A stretch of 64,000 nucleotides of DNA, taken from the NCBI RefSeq assembly GCF_028641065.1, contig NC_073393.1:21514001-21578000 (forward strand). Reading direction: 5' to 3'. Shown in pieces: positions 24,746 to 36,906 of this stretch (within the stretch, counting starts at the first letter, position 1; each line of letters opens with the position of its first letter). Both the position numbers and the translations under genes were made by a program. Source of the stretch: Leucoraja erinacea. Lineage: Eukaryota. The notes beneath the pieces are model-generated. The model was not told the DNA's origin. It was given only the letters and a program-made list of their open reading frames with translations, and ran no database searches.

Positions 24746-27190
24746 CTTTATTCAAGGCAGCACTGGCAGTTAGCAACGTATGACGTCACAATGGGATCTA
24801 ATTCACATAAACTGCCTGTCAGCAGTGTTCCAGCCACAATTACATCACAATGAGATCTCATTTACATTTTTTTTAAAGTTAATTTTCAAAAACAGCAGCT
24901 TCCGCCTCACAATGATGTCATTGGGGGGTAGGGAGGGAGTGAGTGTCTGAGGGTAGGGGAAAGGAGAGGGAGGGAGAGGTGAGCGGGGAGGGGAGGAGGA
25001 GAGGGGAAAGAGGGAGGGAGTGCTGGGGGTGAGGGGAAATGAGCGTAGGGGAACGGGTTGCGTTGGGGGCACATTTTAAACTTTACAAAACCCCACTGAC
25101 CAATTTCACTTGCATGCACTGACAGTTAGCAGCTTATGATGTCACAATGGGATCTGAATCTCATTTACATAAAAGATTGCTCTTTTCAACAAAATTCTGT
25201 TACAATGTTAAAGACAGGACTCCCAGAGCAAAAAGAGATTTGTTACATTGTTGCAAGGAGAGTGGGGGAGGGGAGGAGAGGGGAAAGAAGAGAGATGGTG
25301 AAGAGGAGGGGGATGGAGTGCTGGGGAATGAGGGGAAATGAGCCGTGCCTGCGCAGTTGGGGGCTATGGGTGAGTGGTGGAATATTGCGTTGGGGGAACG
25401 GGTTGCGTTGGTGGAACAGGTGAGCGGTGAAATTTTGCGTTGGGGGAACGGGGCCAAGCGGGTCCCACTTGCCTAGATCACGACAAATTCTAAGTTATAT
25501 TTCACAATAAAACTTATCTAAGCAAATTCTTGAAAATGTATTTTGGTAAACTGCATAACATTGCATTGAACCATAATGAATATTTGTCTGAGGTAACTTA
25601 CTTGGCAAGGAATGAAACGTTTTAGTGTCTATTTGATATGAAAGGAAAAATTGGCTGAAATTCGTGCTGTGAAGTGATGACAGTCGTGGAATGTTTGGGT
25701 GATTCAGTTCTGTGCATCCTCAGGGCACTGAAACTTATTATTATTGCTCTCACATCTTGCGGAGATCAGGAAATTGAATTATTCTGCTCTATATGGTTTT
25801 GCTACATAATATTTTAACTGGCTGAGCAGCTGATTTCTTATTCTTAGGGTGCACCACAGGGTGAAATATAGTACTAGATCTAGAGGGAGGAAAAGATGTA
25901 TCTTGGAAATGTACGTTTTAGCTTCCCAATGTAGAATAAGCACGGAGGAATAGGAGCAGGCGTTGAAAGGTCCCGATCCAAACCGTCACCTATCCATGTT
26001 CTCCAGGGATGCTGCCTGACCCGCTGAGTTACTACAGCACTTCAATACGTCTATACCCCATTCCCTTTCTAACAAAAAACTTCAGTTAATTTGCCTTTCT
26101 AAATACTTACTGTACCTGCATGCTCACTGACTGTGTTTCATGAACGAGGCCACCCTGAACCCTCCCTCTGTTGAGCAGCATTCTGTAGTTTCTATTCGTT
26201 TAAGCCATATTCTGCGTTTCTATTCTACCAAAGTAGATAATTACTTTAATAATAAATGATAATAATCTACCAATTTTTTGCCTACTCATCTATCCTGTAG
26301 CTGTCTCTGTTCAGACTTCTTGCATCCTCCCCATGACTTATTTGCCAGAAAAGCTTGGCAATGATACACTCTACCTTCGCATAAGTAATTACATTGATTC
26401 TAAGTAGTTGAGGTCCCAATTTTATCAAATGATTAGTTAGAACTTGGCACATGAAAATAATACATTTATTTTAACTCTGTTATTTGTTGGTTAGCCAATT
26501 ATCTAAGTATGCGTATGTGCACCTCTTCTATAAATTTAAATTATTTTGGTTTGTCATTTATCAAAAGTATATTAGCTTTTTTCAAAATTCAATAATGGTC
26601 TGTTACCAATTGATTCCACAACACATATTCTTCTAACAATTTTTCTGAATACACTGCATATTTCCCCGCAGCTATCTTTGCCAAGTCTCACAACTTCTGC
26701 TTTTATCTCTGCCCTTTGTTCCACCCATTTGTCTATCAAAACCCCCCCTGCTTGTTCCCATCTATTATTCACCATGCTCTTGCTTCTCCCCTCTTCTAAT
26801 TTTCTTTACCCCATCTCCATACAATCGGTGTGAAGAAGGGTCTCAACCCAAAATGTCACCTTTCCATGTTCTCCAGAGATGCTGCCTGACCTACTGAGTT
26901 TCTCCATCACTTTGTGCCCTGTTGTATATTAACCAGCCTCTGCAGTTCCTTGTTTCTACAGGCTATCTTTGCCACTTTGAATTATCTAAATTATATGACA
27001 ATGAAAGTTTCCCATTGTTAATGCATTACTTTTTCTTGCAAGCCCTGTTATTTCCTGATTTGTTTTCTGCCCTCTATAATACCTTCTGTGGGGAGCCTTT
27101 AGACTGTTCCCAACAATGAGATCTGTTGCTGTTTCTTATCTTCACCCAAACTGATTCATGATTTACGGAGCCAATATCATTTGTCACTAC

Positions 27191-27410
27191 GTTGTTTAAG
27201 AAGGAACTGCAGATGCTGGAGAATCGAAGGTTACACAGAAAAGCTGGAGAAACTCAGCGGGTGAAGCAGCATCAAAGGAGCGAAGAAAATAGGCTACGTT
27301 CCGGGCCGAAACCCTTCTTCAGACGGTTTCGGCCCGAAACGTTGCCTATTTCCTTCGCTCCATAGATGCTGCTGCACCCGCTGAGTTTCTCCAGCTTTTC
27401 TGTGTAACCT
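27191..27410. mobile_element. Palindromic Penelope-derived short element
   Basis: Inverted arms. 14-bp direct repeat TCATTTGTCACTAC at 27177-27190 and 27411-27424. Confidence 0.8.
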
Positions 27411-27563
27411 TCATTTGTCACTACTATGGTGATCTCTTGTGCAGAGTTAAGTATCTAATTGCTGCCTATCTTTATGAGATAGAGAACCTGTTAACAAATT
27501 GTGAATCTTTTCATTTACTAAATTAAATATTAAAACATATGTTTTAATACACTGTTTTTATAG

Positions 27564-27662
27564 ATCCATTGTTTCTGTGTTCAGACCTAATTGATAAAGA
27601 AATCAGTAACCTTACCTATTCTGTACCTTCACTTAATGTTGGCCAAGATTTCCGATGTTCAG
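27564..27662 (+). CDS. TERB1: TERB1 exon
   Basis: ttttatag|...|gtatgt, phase 1/1. Encodes DPLFLCSDLIDKEI...FRCS, matching recalled human DPFTLCSDIINKEV...YRCS. Confidence 0.93.
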
Positions 27663-28889
27663 GTATGTATCCCAAACTCCTTTTTTTAATCTTTACCCAC
27701 CTTAATATATACTATGTTTTAAGTGTTTGTAATTATTTCCACAAGTCTCTTATCCCCTCATATTTTGTAAACTGTTTAATAGATACTAAATTATCTGATG
27801 GAAGGAATTTATCCAATTCATTTATCCAATAAGTAATAATGGGGCCACTTTTTGTGGTTAGCAGTGTACCCGAGGAACATCTAGAAAGATCAGGAAAAAA
27901 ATCCATGATCTCGTTTCCCCCATCCCGATCGCGTGACCCAAAGTTGAAAGGCAGCTTGGTTAAAATTCACTGAGGTGTGTTCAACCAACAAAGAAACCAC
28001 AATTTCCCCTTACCATGTCCCATCTCCCAGCTGAGAAGCAATGAATCAAAACTGTGGTAGTCACTTGTAGACATAATAAGAAAAAACTGAATGTTCAAAA
28101 TATATGTACAATTAAAATACATTTAATAATACAGCATGCAATATAAATAATAGAATAACTAATCTCTGTCTATGCTATCTAATCAATATTATGCACTTTA
28201 CACCAATCTGCTAATAAATTAATAACTTTTGAAAACTGCCGAGTTGCAAAATTATCTCTAAGTATATATGTGCCCTTGGGCTAGGAATTAAAAGCATAAT
28301 AGATAGAACATAGAACAGATCCTTCGGTCAACCATGTCTGTGCTGACCATGATGCCAATTTCAATTGCACATCTGTCTGCACATGAGCTACATCCTTCGA
28401 TTCCTTACCTATTCATTGCCTATTTAAATGCTCTTAAATATCACCCCTCACAAGACAATTCCACTACCCGAGTGATCCAATGAAGAATCTGTTGAATCTT
28501 AATGCGGTGAGAGGGGCCCACCCTGCCTGATTCTTTCTACAAGGGTGGAGTCCCACTCTCAACACATGCTGCCCTGTGGTGGATGTAATGAGGATGAGAA
28601 GATTAGCCACTCTGTGTACTGTGTAGGCATAAAAGTTCTAGAATAGGATGCAAGGATTCTTGTTGAGGTTCATCATGAGCAGCTGCAAAACAGAACATTT
28701 GCTACTTTAAAGGCTGTCTCGAGGAATGTGTAATGTGTCAAACATGAAGTGCTGCTAGAAGATCATCAACTAAGTGCAAGGTGCATTGACAGTACAATAC
28801 TGCCGAATTGCACATGCTGGCTCTGCAGCAACGCAGAGGGGTTGTGGTGAAGGACTGCAGTCTAATGTCCTTCTGCCACTAGATATTGA

Positions 28890-29420
28890 GGGGCTAAGCC
28901 TGATCCATTACAAATACTGACCTTCGCACCATTGAAGAGATCTTCATAGGAGGTGCTGCCTCAAAAGGATGGCCAGCTACATCAAGAACTCACACCACCC
29001 TGGCTACCCTCAGTTTGCTCCTACCATCGGGAAGGAGGTATAGGAGTGTGAAAAATATGACCACTTGGTTCAAAAATAGCTTCTTCCCAGCAACCATCAT
29101 GCTGTTGATCACTATATAACACAAAACTCAGCAACTATGATCTACTGTGGATTTTATTTTGCTTGCACTACGGACTTCGGTTTTGCACTATTCTAGACCA
29201 ATCAGGCTTTTGAACACTATCTTCAACTATGAACTATGGAATGTATTTGATTGCACTAAGGAATTTGTGTTTTAATTTTTCACTAGTATTGGGCTTATTA
29301 ATTTATTGAACTCTTGTTTATTATATATTGTCTATGTATATTGTGTTTATATGCCTGTTAAGCTGTTACAAGTAAAAATGTCATTGTTACACTTTTGGTA
29401 CAAACAATTAAACTTGACGG
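28890..29420 (+). repeat. Rex1/L2-like LINE 3' fragment
   Basis: Shares the 3' motif ATCAAG..CACACCACCCTGG..CCATCGGGAAG.AGGTA with copies at about 39600, 45000 and 53700. Confidence 0.65.
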
Positions 29421-29670
29421 TTATTGTTAATATTTCTGGGAAAGTCCTTTCTCAATATATTTCATGAATAATTGCATGCCATAGTTTTTTTGTAGTCTGT
29501 CCGCACATTCTGGCATCATAACCAACAAGTAATTACTTATTAGTTGAACAAGGCATTTTTTCAGTTTTCAATGCTCTTCATCCAACAAAATAATTTCTAA
29601 TTTCTGATGACTACAAGGATCAGTCATTTTGCTTAAAAGAAACTCATGCTGATTTGTTTAATCCTTATAG

Positions 29671-29835
29671 GTTGTTCAACTGTAACAGCATCCTTGAACA
29701 GTAGGAATTTCAGCAAGATTCTTCAGGCTTGCCCTAACAAATGTGATCGACATAAAGTGATACAAGAGTGTGAGGAAAGATATAAAAAGGAGCTTAAGAA
29801 GTTACAAGCCAGTAACATTAACAAAACTGATAAAA
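29671..29835 (+). CDS. TERB1: TERB1 exon, TERB2-binding region
   Basis: ccttatag|...|gtaagt. Encodes GCSTVTASLNSRNFSKILQACPNKCDRHKVIQECEERYKKELKK, matching recalled human GC....SLNSRNFSKLLHSCPYQCDRHKVIVEAEDRYKSELRK. Confidence 0.95.
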
Positions 29836-30447
29836 GTAAGTAATTAGTTTATTATCCCTTAAAATGGCAACAGGGTGTATTCATAAACATATTTGTACAG
29901 CTAAACTGTTGCATTTTCAATGTGCATGCAATCAAATGGGAAGATGGGAACCATTAGAAAAATGATCAAATGTATGTGTTCTCAGGAGGGGAGAGGTGGG
30001 AGGACTAGATTTCTGTCCCCTTCCCAACCTCCTCTCCTTTATCAAACATGTTCATCCACCTCCCCTTTCTGTTTCCATTGATCTACTACCCACCTTCACC
30101 CACTGGATCCCCCTCTCCCATCTGGTTCTGATTTCATCTGCCCCTCACCTCTCCCTTGATTATTGCCATTATCAGCTTCCTTATTAATCATATTCCACCA
30201 CTTGATAGCCTTTTTGTTTCCACATCATCCTCCTAGCTGCCTCCACCTTCACCTTCCCCTGGCTCCACTTACATTTTGTGGAATTTGGAGTCAGAGGTTG
30301 GACAACCAATCATCCACCTGCATTTGTGTCCCAAATCTGCCGCCCCAACTTCCTGGCTCGATCTGTTTTTAGACCTGATACGATCAAGGGCCAAGACGAA
30401 TAATGTACCTTTTATACATTATAACCTTATATTGTTTTATTTTGCAG

Positions 30448-30555
30448 ATTTATTTTTTACTCCAATCAGAAGAACTACATCTTGTATCACAGATTGCTGT
30501 ATTAAGCAAACAGATTCTATGAACTCAACACCTACAAAGGATTTCCACTTAAAAA
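30448..30555 (+). CDS. TERB1: TERB1 exon with TRF1-binding-like motif
   Basis: ttttgcag|...|gtgagt, phase 1/1. NLFFTPIRR corresponds to mammalian ILLTPRRR. Confidence 0.88.
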
Positions 30556-30893
30556 GTGAGTATGGTTCTTGATTTTGGGACCTTCGTTATACTTTTGAGG
30601 TTTGTGCTTAAGTTAGTTCAGCTGTGTTGTAGAAACGATTACGTTAAGAATGCCATGTTATAAAGAAGAAAACTCTGAATGAAAAAACAGGTTGGTTATG
30701 AAAGCGACAGTTACCCTGGTTCTTTGCTCATTTAGATTCCCCTTACTCTGGTGTTTCTTGCAAAGGCAGGTTAAGTGTTATTTCTTGGATTTAGCACCAG
30801 CATTCAAAAGCAATGAAAAGGAACAAATAATTAGTGAGCATCAGTCAATGCTGATTCAGTCAGAATAGATTCTGAAGGGGAAGCAGGCAAATG

Positions 30894-32834
30894 CAGTCCT
30901 CCATAATGTTTGGGACAAAGACCCATCATTTATTTATTTGCCTCTGTACTCCACAATGTGAGATTTGTAATAGAAAAAAAATCACATGTGGTTAAAATGC
31001 ACATTCTCAGATTTTAATAAAGGCCATTTTTATACATTTTGGTTTCACCATGTAGAAATTACAGCAGTGTTTATACATAGTCCCCTTATTTCAGGGCACC
31101 ATAATGTTTGGGACACAGCAGTGTCATGTAAATGAAAGTAGTCATGTTTAGTATTTTGTTGCATATCCTTTGCATGCAATGACTCTTGAAGTCTGCGATT
31201 CATGGACATCACCAGTTGCCGAGTGTCTTTTCGGGTGATGCTTTGCCAGGCCTGTATTGCAGCCATCTTTACTTTATGCTTGTTCTGGAGGCTAGTCCCC
31301 TTCAGTTTTCTCTTCAGCATATAAAAGGCATGCTCAATTGGGTTCAGATCGGGTGATTCTTGGCCACTCAAGAATTGAACATTTTTTAGCTTTGAAAAAC
31401 TCTTTTTGTTGCTTTTGAGATCATTGTCTTGCTGTAGAATGAACCGCTGGCCAATGAGTTTTGAGGCATTTGTTTGAACTTGAGCAGATAGAATGTGTTT
31501 ATACACTTCAGCATTAATTATGTTACTACCATCAGCAGTTGTATCATCAATGAAGATAAGTGAGCCAGTACCTTCAACAGCCATACATGCCCAGGCCATA
31601 ACACTCCCACCACTGTGTTTCACAGATGTGGTGGTGTGCTTTGGATCTTTAGCGGTTCCTTCTCTCCTCCATACTTGCTCTTGCTATTACACTGATTACT
31701 CCAGAACCAGGGGCCACAGTTTAAGAATAAGGCTTAAGCCATTTAGAACGGAGACGAGGAAACACTTTTTCTCACAGAGTGGTGAGTCTTTGGAATTCTC
31801 TGCCTCAGAGGGCGGTGGATGCAGGTTCTCTGGATGCTTTCAAGAGAGAGCTAGATAGGGCTCTTAAAAATAGCAGAGTCGGGGAATGTGGGGAGAAGGC
31901 AGGAACGGGGTACTGATTGTGGATGATCAGCCATAATCATATTGAATGACGGTGCTGGCTCGAAGGGCCGAATGGCCTACTCCTGCGTCTATTGTCTATT
32001 GATATGTTAATCTTCGTCTCATCTGCCCACGTCCTTTTTCCAGAACTGTAGTTGCTATTTTAAGTACTTCTTGGCAAGCTGTAAACTGGCCATCCAATTT
32101 TTGCAGCTAACCAGTGGTTTGCATCTCGTAGTGTAGCCTCTGTATTTCTGTTCATGAAGTCTTCTGCGGACAGGGGTAATTGACAAATCCACAGCTGACT
32201 CCTGAAGAGTGTTTCTGATCTGTCGGACAGGTGTTTGGGGATTTTTCTTTATTATAGAGAGAATTCTTCTGTCATCAGCTGTGAAGGTCTTCCTTGGCCT
32301 GCAAGTCCCTTTGCGATTAGTAAGCTCACCAGTGCTCTTTTTTCTTAATGATGTCCCAACCGTTGATGTTGGTAAGCCTAAGGTTTGGCTGATGTCTCTA
32401 ACAGTTTTATTCTTGTTTCTCAGTTTCATAATGGCTTCATTGACTTTCATTGGCACAACTTTGGTCCTCATGTTGATAAACAGCAATAAAAGTTTTGAAA
32501 TGTGATGGAAAGACTGGAGGAAAGACTAGGTGCTGATAGCTCTCTTATAGCTGAATTAAGGAGGCATTTAAACACCCATGAGCAATTACAAACACTTGTG
32601 AAGCCATGTGTCCCAAACATTATAGTGTCCTGAAATGGGGAGACTATGTACAACACAGCTGTAATGTCCATATGGTGAAACCAAAATGTATAAAATCACC
32701 CATTAATAAAATCTGACAATGTGCACTTTAACCACATGTGATTTTTTTTTTTCTATTACAATCCTTAAATTGTGGAGTACAGAGGCAAATAAATAAATGA
32801 TGGTTCTTTGTCCCAAACATTATGGAGGGCACTG
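30894..32834 (-). mobile_element. Decayed Tc1-family transposon (second family) with a CR1 3' fragment inserted at about 31699-32000
   Basis: Long TIRs CAGT(G)CCCTCCATAATGTTTGGGACAAAGA, right-hand TA. Transposase fragments with KHSGGSVM.W, QQDND and SPDLNPIE. Confidence 0.9.
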
Positions 32835-32867
32835 TACATAGAGGCCACTAATATATTTTTATAGGTG

Positions 32868-33267
32868 TGTGGCGGCACTAGGTGATGGGCCACGCACTGT
32901 ACATAACCGTCGGCTCTTTGGGGGGTCACGTGTCTCAGTGACGAGAGATAGGGGTCACGGTTTGGTCACGGGTGCCCCTGGGGAATATTTAAGGGTTAAT
33001 CATGTCGGGATCACCAAATGTAGCGGACGTGGAGTTGTCCGTTAAAAAACGAGGCAGACACGAAGTTTGTTCGAAATACTGGTTCTTTATTACTACACTA
33101 ATTCTCCTCACTCACCAACCCTGTGCGAGCGCGATTAACCCTTAAATACTCCCCAGGGGCACCCGTGACTAAACCGTGACCCCTATCTCTCGTCACCGGG
33201 CACATGCGACCCCCCAAAGAGCCGAATGTTATGTACAGTGCGTGGCCCATCACCCAGTGCCGCCACA
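32868..33267 (-). mobile_element. Fold-back LTR-derived insertion: full LTR (33267-33019) + tRNA-Trp PBS (33016-32999) + inverted U3 copy (32868-33001)
   Basis: The LTR runs TGTGGCGG...CCGCTACA with TATTTAA and AATAAA. PBS TGGTGATCCCGACATGAT. About 134-bp inverted arms. GGTG direct repeat on both flanks. Confidence 0.85.
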
Positions 33268-35689
33268 GGTGTAACAAAGGCTTTACTTGGATGGACATGA
33301 GATGCTGCACCAGATGATAATTTTGGAGTTGCAAGGTGCCAACTATTTTCTGTGAGCACTTTCAGGGGTGTAGTTTCTCCAAATACTTGTCTAATTTCCA
33401 GCAAAATAAATCTGTTTTCTACTTCAGGGTCCTTGTTGAATGTGCCTTTTTATCTTTGCTGTGGCTATGCTAAGACTGTATCACACTTTGCGATAAAGTG
33501 TTTTTATTAAGAAAATCTGACATTTTTCTTCCTCTTGGTGTTGACTGGCCTAGATGTCTCTTCCTTCATCCTTGACTCCTTTGGGGTTGGTCTTTAGGCG
33601 CTTGGGCCTTGGATGTTATTGACAACACTGAAGAACACTCACATGCCTTGGTTGTTGGCATGTTGTTAAGACTCATGTGCTCTCTCTACTCACTCTGTTC
33701 ATCAGATAATGTGTTTTGCATCATAGGATACATTCGCTCAGATTCTCATGGCCCTATTTGAATCTATATACATCTAACTTAAAAATAATCAATTGTTTCT
33801 GTCATGCAACTAAACTAAAAGATGGCACTACATCTCCTTCGAGAGTAGTTGCGAGTGATGATTCATGTATATTCAGCATCAATGCATTTGGATATTGATT
33901 TTGTATTCCCACTCGAACATCAGAGGAATAGATATTAGAAATCATATGATAGATTTAAACTGTGCATGTATTAAATTGTTTATATGTGAACTTTTAATTC
34001 CCAATTTTCATGCCGCCAAAAATATTCACTCTTTTCCCACTGAAAGCAATTGTTTTTTAATTAATGGCCTATTAAGTTTCCAGTTTGTTGTACATGAAGG
34101 ACTAAGACTAAAAGCTGTTTTCAGGCCAGGAAGAAATTGAGTCAAAGCAGCATGGTGAAGAGAAGCCTATTAAAAGTAGTAAGAAAACCAAGGGAGAAAT
34201 GAGAAATGGGTGGGAGACATTGTAAAGGGGTTAAGAAAGGTGAGGGGTGGGAGATGGAAGAGAGAGGGAAGAAGGATTAGCATCAGTGTACTGTCAAAGC
34301 AGTGGCATTACATAAAATCATGGCTGATCTGATTATAACCTCAACTCGGTACTCTCAAGTCCTGCAGTAACCTTTCACCCACTTCCTTGTCAAGTTTTTA
34401 TCTAGCGCTGCTGAAAGAATATTCATAGACTCTATTTTTACCTGCCTTTGGGGAAGCGTGTGTTCCAAAAATTGATGGTCTGAAAGAATATATTTTTGTT
34501 TATCGCTGTCTTCTAATAGGTGACCACCAAATTTTTAAGTAGTGTCCCCCTTGGTATATGGACATACTTATCTGTTTTATAGTAAATGTCTACTCTGTGT
34601 GCTGAAGCAAAACAAGAATTTCATTGTCCTATACAGGGACACATGACAATAAACTCACTTGGACATTGAAATCTTTTTCACAAGCCAAGCAGCTTATTGC
34701 AGTGATTAGGCCAATGCATTCACTTAATTTTTTGATGAATCATATACTTTGACATCAGGAACCCACATCTTAAGAGCTCTGAAGTCTCTCGCCGTTCAGA
34801 TAAAATGCCCAGAGCATCTGCAGTCTCCTATATGCTTTTTATTTTTCTGCTAAAATTGAGTTTCATTTTTTTCATATTATACTCCAGTTGGCAGATCTTT
34901 GCTATTTAATCAGCAATTAGTGATGAGCAATAAATATTGTTATTAAATTTGTATAACCCTTTTGAAGAGATTTTCATCCAAAGTTTTTTATCTAAGTTTT
35001 TTATCCAAAGTCAATATATTTTCTTTTTGGGAATGGTCATTGAGGTTAATTGTAAAGTAATGGTTGTGTTATGGAAATCGCAATAGATATTTTTTACAAA
35101 ATGCAAATAATATATAGGACATGAAGTTAAATGTAACCGTGACTGCTTGGCAATTTGAATTCATTTTTTAATCTGTAAGTATTTAAAGTTACAAAGATTC
35201 AAATGGTTCATCCATATTCTTTCGGAAGGAAATCCTTGCCAATCTGTGACTCCATTCCACATTAATTGTCTCACAACACCCAGGTTCAGGAACAGCTACT
35301 TCCCCACAGCCGTCAGGCTATTAAACTCACCATCAAACAAACTCTGAACAATAACAGCCTATTGCACATTAACTGCTTATTTATTGTGTGTATATATATG
35401 GTCTATGGTATATAGACAAACTGAACTTTATCTCCTGTTCTGTATTATGTTTACATATTCTGTTGTGCTGCAGCAAGCAAGAATGTCATTGTCCTATCTG
35501 GGACACATGACAATAAAACTTTTGACTCTTGTTCAATTCTGAACATTGCTCTGAATAGCCCAGCAATGGTACCAGTAATAATTGACAATGGGCTTCAACA
35601 AACTAAACGGCCAAAGGCATTGTTTCTTTACTTTATTTCCAACTTCCTACATCACTGATAATAAGAGAAAAAATGTACATTGCGTGCAG

Positions 35690-35785
35690 GTTTTCTTTTG
35701 CCACCAATAAAGAAATCTGCATCTGACATTATCCCCAGACAGCAAAGAGAGGCTACAACTCAGTTTAAAGCAACTATTGAACAAG
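35690..35785 (+). CDS. TERB1: Putative extra TERB1 exon
   Basis: gtgcag|...G|gtcatg, 96 bp, phase 1/1. Encodes FLLPPIKKSASDIIPRQQREATTQFKATIEQ. Splice signals are weak. Confidence 0.5.
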
Positions 35786-35984
35786 GTCATGCAAATTATG
35801 AGAAAATGCAAAATAAAATATTCAAATCCGTAAAGCTATATGTGGTAGTATATTTTCCTATATCAAATTCTGATTAAACTTTCTAATAAAGTTAATGTTC
35901 TGTTAAATATTCCAAATTGAGAACTTGAATACATAGTTTTGGTGCTCTTTATTAATGGATACTAAATCTGAGAAATGGCAGGTA

Positions 35985-36445
35985 ATCACAGGTCAAGTCA
36001 AGTCTATTTGTCACATACGCATACGACATGTGCAGTGAAATGAAAAGTGGCAATGCCTGCGGAATGTGCAAAAAAGCTACAAAACAGAATAGAACAGAAT
36101 TACGTATTGGTGAGGAAAAAAAAGAAAGAAAGAAAAAAACCCCCAGCAATTTAAAAAAGACACAACACAACAGTAGTGTGGTGCAGTAAGTTAGTCCCTG
36201 GTGAGATAAGAGTTTACAGTCCTAATGGCCTGTGGGAAGAAACTCTGTCTCATCCTCTCTGTTTTCACAGCATGATAGCAGAGGAGTTTGCCTGACCGTA
36301 GCAGCTGGAACAGTCCGTTGCTGGGGTGGAAGGGGTCCACCATTAATGTTGCTGGCTCTGAATCTGCACCTTCTGATGTATAGTTCCTGCAGAGGGGCGA
36401 GTGTAGTTCCCATAGTGCGTTCGGCCGAATGCACTGTTCTCTGCA
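35985..36445 (-). repeat. Rex1/L2-like LINE 3' fragment
   Basis: Reverse strand encodes LQRTVHSAER.MGT.L..LQELY.RRC, with an AATAGACTTGACTTGA tail. Confidence 0.65.
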
Positions 36446-36516
36446 GATAAATATCTCCTGATATGAGTTCTCTGTAGAAAATACACAAAACTAGAAAATA
36501 AAGGTCTGTAATCATA

Positions 36517-36906
36517 TCTATATACTTTTAAAACTGTGGGTGTGTGTCATTTTGCCTTTGAAACATATCTCCTCGAAAACCAAACGCAACAACGCAGAGA
36601 TTTTTACATACTTCGGTAGGGATTTAACTTATGATTTCAGAAATCTTCTCTAAATTTGGTCAATTATTTCCCCAGATTTTGAATAAAGTTGTTCACAAAA
36701 CTCACTTTTTGCTGCTGCTGACGTCACAATGCCCACATGCCCATCAATCGAGGCCCACCTGCATCCTGGCTCCGCCTCTCCGCCGCTGTGGATTAAGGGG
36801 GGTAGTTAACATGTGTGCGGGGGGCGGGTAGTTAGTGTGTGTGATGCCGCCCCCCCCGCAACCGTACGTTGGGGGAACAGACGCAACGGGTCTGCACTTG
36901 GTCTAG
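36517..36906 (+). mobile_element. Non-autonomous Helitron-like element
   Basis: Inserted between A and T. 5' TC(TATATAC), 3' CTAG, subterminal hairpin CAGAC(G)C-AAC-GGGTCTG, no TSD. Confidence 0.75.

Larger units (their letters stand above)
20223..25476 (+). mobile_element. Non-autonomous Helitron-like element carrying nested CR1 insertions
   Basis: Starts A|TC(G)ATATATTCCTAAAAC and ends with a GGGGCC..GGGTCCC hairpin + CTAG. Ends resemble the element at 36517-36906. Internal duplication at about 24760-25440. Confidence 0.55.

Noticed and set aside
33822-33870. Possible extra TERB1 micro-exon (DGTTSPSRVVA)
   Set aside because: Poor acceptor and donor, no recognisable homology, and not needed to keep the frame.
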